From the NCBI GenBank assembly GCA_041657425.1, contig JBBABY010000012.1:1-9273 (forward strand): a DNA stretch of 9,273 nt. The letters run 5' to 3'. The stretch's first letter is position 1, and each line of letters starts with the position of its first letter. The notes beneath the pieces are model-generated. The model was not told the origin of the DNA. It saw nothing but the letters and a program-made list of their open reading frames with translations, and did no database searches. This DNA is from an archaeon (GTDB taxonomy: Archaea > Iainarchaeota > Iainarchaeia > Iainarchaeales > CSSED10-239). Made by a program: the position numbers and the translations under genes. Of the stretch, positions 6,141 to 9,273 are shown piece after piece.

Positions 6141-7037
6141 ATGAAAATCGTAAAAAAGAATAAAACTTATTTTTTAAATTTTAAAGATGATAATGAATCA
6201 AATGATTTAGATAATTATACAGATAAAGAATTAGAAATTAAAATAATTGCAGACAACGTAGTAAGTTTTATAATTAAAGACAAATACTCATCAAATCTTG
6301 GACAAACTAAGCCAAGTTCTAGTTTAACACAATCTAAAGAGAATATAAAGCAAAAGATAATTTCAATTCTTCAAGATAAGGATCTTCCGTTCAAGGAAAA
6401 AGTAGAAGGTGCTTTTGAAGAATTACTTAAACCAGCAGACCTTCTTGTATTTAAAGAAATGTTAAAAAACAAAGAAATAATCACTTACAAACAATCAGAC
6501 AAGTATAAGAAAGCAATCTATGTTCCTAATGAAGAAAAGCAAATTACTATTGCGCGCGAGCTCATGACAACCGGAGGTTCTCAAGACCCCAAGAAATCCC
6601 GCGAGGATTTGTTGAGTGCGAGCAAAACCGGCTCTGAAAAAGAAGTTGAAGTATTAAAATCAACAGAAGTAAAATCAAAAGTTGTTGAAAAAGAAAACTC
6701 AGAAGAAATAATTAAAGGTTTTTTAAAAAAGAAATATGGAATACTTAAAGCAGCAGAAACTGCAGATAAGTTTTCAAGAGAATTTTACACAAAGTTTAAA
6801 AATAATGAAATAAAGGGGCAGAAATCATTTGATGGTTATTTCTATGTTGTTGATAAATATATTTATGAGAGCACAGTAAAACAGATAATGTCAAGTGGAA
6901 TGATCAAATCCTTCTCAATAGAAGAATTAGGAACAAAGCTTAACAAAGAAATAGAGTTATTAAAGGTAGTAATTGAATTCCTTAAAGAAGAAGGAGTAAT
7001 AATAGAAAAGAAAAGAAACGTATATTGTTTAATTTAA
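6141..7037 (+). CDS. Lys/Glu-rich protein (298 aa from ATG 6141) with a winged-helix-like C-terminus, function unknown
   Basis: The ORF track starts at TTG 6120. ATG 6141 (MKIVKK) is preceded by GCAGGT 8-13 nt upstream and is preferred. The C-terminal FSIEELGTKLNKEIELLKVVIEFLKEEGVIIEKKRNVYCLI has the helix-turn-helix plus beta-wing pattern of winged-helix domains. A similar pattern occurs at aa 70-130. It contains a GC-rich patch at 6552-6635. Confidence 0.7.
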   Translation: MKIVKKNKTYFLNFKDDNESNDLDNYTDKELEIKIIADNVVSFIIKDKYSSNLGQTKPSSSLTQSKENIKQKIISILQDKDLPFKEKVEGAFEELLKPADLLVFKEMLKNKEIITYKQSDKYKKAIYVPNEEKQITIARELMTTGGSQDPKKSREDLLSASKTGSEKEVEVLKSTEVKSKVVEKENSEEIIKGFLKKKYGILKAAETADKFSREFYTKFKNNEIKGQKSFDGYFYVVDKYIYESTVKQIMSSGMIKSFSIEELGTKLNKEIELLKVVIEFLKEEGVIIEKKRNVYCLI

Positions 7038-7058
7038 AAAAAGGAGAAAAGATAATTT

Positions 7059-7427
7059 ATGGAAACATTAACAATAGTTCTTTTGATTGCAATAGCAGTA
7101 TTTGCAATTGGAAATATTCTTTTATTTTTTTTAGAGAAAAGAAATAAAGAAAAAGACGGACAGAGACTACCATTAGGTCAAGCGACTCAAGAAGTACTTA
7201 ATTCAAAAGTTGAAGTGTTAAATAAAAGAGTATCAAATTTAGAAGATAAAACAAGACGAACTCAAGAAAGAGAAATCGCAGATGAAAGAAAAATAAGAGT
7301 TATAGAAAAAGAAGTAAAAAATGAAATAGACATTAGAAAGAAAGTAAATAAAAAGAAAGCAAAAACATTATTAAAGATAAAAGCACATTATCCAATAACA
7401 AAATATAAGAGAAAAAAGAAAAAGTAA
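7059..7427 (+). CDS. Small membrane-anchored coiled-coil protein (122 aa)
   Basis: N-terminal TM helix (LTIVLLIAIAVFAIGNILLFFL) followed by a highly charged K/E/R heptad-like region. GGAG at 7043-7046 lies 12 nt upstream of the ATG. It starts 21 nt after the preceding gene, so it is likely co-transcribed. Confidence 0.7.
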   Translation: METLTIVLLIAIAVFAIGNILLFFLEKRNKEKDGQRLPLGQATQEVLNSKVEVLNKRVSNLEDKTRRTQEREIADERKIRVIEKEVKNEIDIRKKVNKKKAKTLLKIKAHYPITKYKRKKKK

Positions 7428-7437
7428 ATTATAAAAT

Positions 7438-7503
7438 AAGACATCAGCCCGCCCATTTTATCATCATGAAATCAGCAGGTGTTCATTTTTCATCATCTGT
7501 CTT
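7438..7503 (-). ncRNA. C/D box sRNA (66 nt), predicted 2'-O-methylation guide
   Basis: The minus strand reads 5'-AAGACAG AUGAUGA AAAAUGAACACCUG CUGA UUUC AUGAUGA UAAAAUGGGCGGG CUGA UGUCUU-3'. The C box (7490-7496) and C' box (7461-7467) both match RUGAUGA. The D' box (7472-7475) and D box (7444-7447) are both CUGA. A 6-bp terminal stem forms between AAGACA and UGUCUU. The region is intergenic. Confidence 0.78.
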
Positions 7504-7523
7504 AAATAAGATAAGAAGGGAAA

Positions 7524-7533
7524 TATATTTAAA
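7524..7533 (-). promoter_or_regulatory. TATA box candidate for the C/D box sRNA
   Basis: The minus strand reads TTTAAATATA, centred about 25 nt upstream of the predicted sRNA 5' end (7503). Confidence 0.4.
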
Positions 7534-7581
7534 CTAGCACACAGTATATTTAATTAAAAACTATATAGAAAAGGAAATAAG

Positions 7582-8259
7582 ATGAATATACAAAAAATAG
7601 TGGAAAGTTTTGAAAAGTTTATAAAACAAGACGTAATTATTGCAATAGGGACTTGCGAAGCTGATGCAGATTTTATTGATGAATTAATTAAATTACTTCT
7701 TTTTAAAAAAAAGAAAATCTTGTTTGTTCCAACAACTGCTAAGCAAGCAACACAATTGCATAATCTTGGGCAAACTGTTATATCTTTAAGTGATAAAGAA
7801 ATTGATGTTGCAATTGAATTTGCTAATCAAGTAGATAGCTATAATAATTTTATTAAAAAAGATACTAGATCATTTATTAGAGACAAGATGATTGCACAGT
7901 CTGCACAAACTATGGTTATTGTTACCAATAGCTATGATATTGTAGAAAAAATAGACAAAGATATATATGTTGAAATAAGTTCTTTTGCTTGGGAAAGAAC
8001 AATTTTAAATTTACAAAGTTATGGTTTTGCAAGAGTTGTTAAAGATACAGATGATAATTTCACAAAAACAGAAACTGGACATTATCTTGCAAGAATTACG
8101 CTTGATAAGAATATTACACTAGATGATTTTGAATATTCAGTAAGAACAATACCTGGAGTTTTAGAAACAGGGGTGTTTTTAGGACTTGCAGACATCTTTT
8201 TAGTTATTGATTCAAAAGAGCAAATAACTATAAAAACAACAAGTCAGGTTAAGCAATAA
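7582..8259 (+). CDS. Ribose-5-phosphate isomerase A (RpiA)-like protein with degenerate active-site motifs (225 aa)
   Basis: Collinear by eye with E. coli RpiA over the whole length. IIAIGTCEADADFIDEL aligns to IVGVGTGSTAAHFIDAL. IDVAIEFANQVD aligns to LGIYVDGADEIN. FIKKDTRSFIRDKMIA aligns to MIKGGGAALTREKIIA. RTIPGVLETGVFLGLADIFLV aligns to [22 protein letters not shown]. The fold assignment is fairly firm. Enzymatic activity is doubtful. Confidence 0.65.
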   Translation: MNIQKIVESFEKFIKQDVIIAIGTCEADADFIDELIKLLLFKKKKILFVPTTAKQATQLHNLGQTVISLSDKEIDVAIEFANQVDSYNNFIKKDTRSFIRDKMIAQSAQTMVIVTNSYDIVEKIDKDIYVEISSFAWERTILNLQSYGFARVVKDTDDNFTKTETGHYLARITLDKNITLDDFEYSVRTIPGVLETGVFLGLADIFLVIDSKEQITIKTTSQVKQ

Positions 8260-8275
8260 ATTTTTGTGAATAAAA

Positions 8276-8965
8276 ATGCCAACTCCAAAACCAAAACCAA
8301 GAAAACAAATAGTTCACTTAGGGAATGTTGGCGAAGATGCAGGATATAGATCAAAAAAACTAGCCGAAAAACATCCTAGTTTTCAGTTTCATGGAATTGA
8401 TCTTAAAGACCTGAGGGATAATGAATTTCTTCATCCAAGTGCAAAAGAAGAAGCTGAAAAAAATCCGTATTTATCTGAATTAAGAGAAAATAGATTAAAA
8501 CAAGAAAAACCTGCAAATTTAAATCAAATAAGAGCAGATTTTATTGAAGGACTAAATAGTTTTCCAGATAATTATTTAAATTTAGTAACAAGCGATTTCT
8601 CAATAGGGTTTTACAAAGAAGAAAAAGATATTAATCTTCTTAAAGAAACAATTACAAGAGCAGGAGAAGTTGGTAACAGGGTATATTCTGGTTCTGAAGA
8701 ATATACGAAGAGAATACTTGATTTAATTTATAAAAAGTTAAAACCTAAAGGCAAAGTAATAACTTATTATTTTAAAAGAATAGACAATGCAGGAGATCAT
8801 TTTTCAGAAAATTTATTATTTGCATTTAAAAATAGTAAATTTAAATATAAAATAGAAAAGGTAAGCATTTCGGAAATTTCTGAAGAATTAAGAACATTTT
8901 ATTTATTGCATTTTGGTTTAGATAAAGATTATTCTATACACAGAATCATTGCAATAAAAGAATAA
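8276..8965 (+). CDS. Rossmann-fold SAM-methyltransferase-like protein with an atypical motif I (229 aa)
   Basis: IVHLGNVGEDAGYRSKKLAEKHPSFQFHGIDL follows the class I methyltransferase pattern (vLDlGcGtG....la...p...v.GiD), but the glycine loop is GNVGEDAG. Later FPDNYLNLVTSDFSIG and LKPKGKVI resemble motifs IV and post-IV. It starts 16 nt after the RpiA-like gene. Confidence 0.5.
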   Translation: MPTPKPKPRKQIVHLGNVGEDAGYRSKKLAEKHPSFQFHGIDLKDLRDNEFLHPSAKEEAEKNPYLSELRENRLKQEKPANLNQIRADFIEGLNSFPDNYLNLVTSDFSIGFYKEEKDINLLKETITRAGEVGNRVYSGSEEYTKRILDLIYKKLKPKGKVITYYFKRIDNAGDHFSENLLFAFKNSKFKYKIEKVSISEISEELRTFYLLHFGLDKDYSIHRIIAIKE

Positions 8966-8999
8966 AATCAAATCATTTATATATATTTTTATACTTAAT

Positions 9000-9006
9000 T
9001 TTATAA
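9000..9006 (+). promoter_or_regulatory. TATA box candidate for the tRNA gene
   Basis: TTTATAA is centred 25 nt upstream of tRNA position 1 (9028). Confidence 0.5.
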
Positions 9007-9027
9007 GATAAGTGAGATCTAATTTTT

Positions 9028-9100
9028 GCTTCGGTGGTTTAGCGGTTAGAACGCCAGACTCATAATCTGGAAATCGGCGGTCCAAATCCGCCTCGAAGCA
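9028..9100 (+). tRNA. tRNA with anticodon CAU (elongator Met, or Ile2 if C34 is modified); no encoded CCA
   Basis: Hand-folded cloverleaf. Acceptor stem GCTTCGG/TCGAAGC (7 bp, one G-U). D stem GTTT/GAAC with D loop AGCGGTTA. Anticodon stem CCAGA/TCTGG with loop CTCATAA. Variable loop AAATC. T stem GGCGG/CCGCC with T loop TCCAAAT. Discriminator is A (9100). It lacks archaeal initiator features (A1:U72, three G:C pairs in the anticodon stem). The T loop has C at position 55. Confidence 0.88.
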
Positions 9101-9102
9101 TC

Positions 9103-9273
9103 CAAGAGATATCGCTTGAAGCCTTTAGTTTGTGGGTTTTAGAGCACGACTTCTGTCCTCAATACAAGAGAGACCTAATTAACAAAATACCCTATATTTT
9201 CCCAAAACATACGTATACTTTTTCAGAGCTAATGAATTACCTACAGAAAAACATAGATAAAATCAAAAAAGCA
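9103..9273 (+). CDS. Partial ORF running off the window; tyrosine-recombinase-like N-terminal segment with no canonical start codon before 9130 (TTG) or 9232 (ATG)
   Basis: This frame is open from 9043 (inside the tRNA) to the window end. It reads ...PPRSIQEISLEAFSLWVLEHDFCPQYKRDLINKIPYIFPKHTYTFSELMNYLQKNIDKIKKA. All five other frames contain stops in this interval. F..LW.LE......YKRDL....F resembles the XerC/D-type SAM-like core-binding domain (..F..YL..E...S..T...YRRDL..F), recalled from memory. Confidence 0.4.

Noticed and set aside
7468-7500. Imperfect ~29-nt tandem direct repeat on the plus strand (7441-7468 and 7469-7497) and a 10-codon minus-strand mini-ORF (MMKNEHLLIS)
   Set aside because: Both are fully explained by the C/D box sRNA. 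The two repeat units are the C-guide-D' and C'-guide-D halves, and the ATGATGA of the mini-ORF is the C box.

Overview
Strongly AT-rich (about 70% A+T by eye), tightly packed locus of archaeal type, probably a small-genome DPANN-like archaeon (inference). Supporting signs: the 23S sarcin-ricin loop reads GAGAGGAAC, TATA boxes sit about 25 nt upstream of RNA 5' ends, a C/D box sRNA is present, and the tRNA encodes no CCA. The window starts with the last ~250 nt of a 23S rRNA with no 5S behind it. It ends with a tRNA-Met(CAU) whose 3' half is read through by an open frame that runs off the window. In between are ten protein genes: a Fic/Doc-family enzyme; a two-gene membrane operon; a 414-aa Asn/His-rich protein translationally coupled to a PIN-domain protein; a 336-aa orphan; a Lys/Glu-rich protein with winged-helix-like ends; a small membrane-anchored coiled-coil protein; a degenerate RpiA-like protein; and a degenerate Rossmann methyltransferase-like protein. 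No known defence or mobile system is recognisable as a whole. The observations I rate highest are: (1) a textbook C/D box sRNA on the minus strand at 7438-7503, invisible to the ORF track; (2) a start-less, tyrosine-recombinase-like frame running through the tRNA 3' half, a possible partitioned integrase and integrated-element border; (3) a duplicated bipartite operator-like module over the fic promoter; (4) a UPF0175-like/PIN pair in which the antitoxin-like module is the tail of a large disordered protein; (5) an RpiA fold with its catalytic motifs eroded. All family assignments are motif recognition by eye and from memory. No searches were run.
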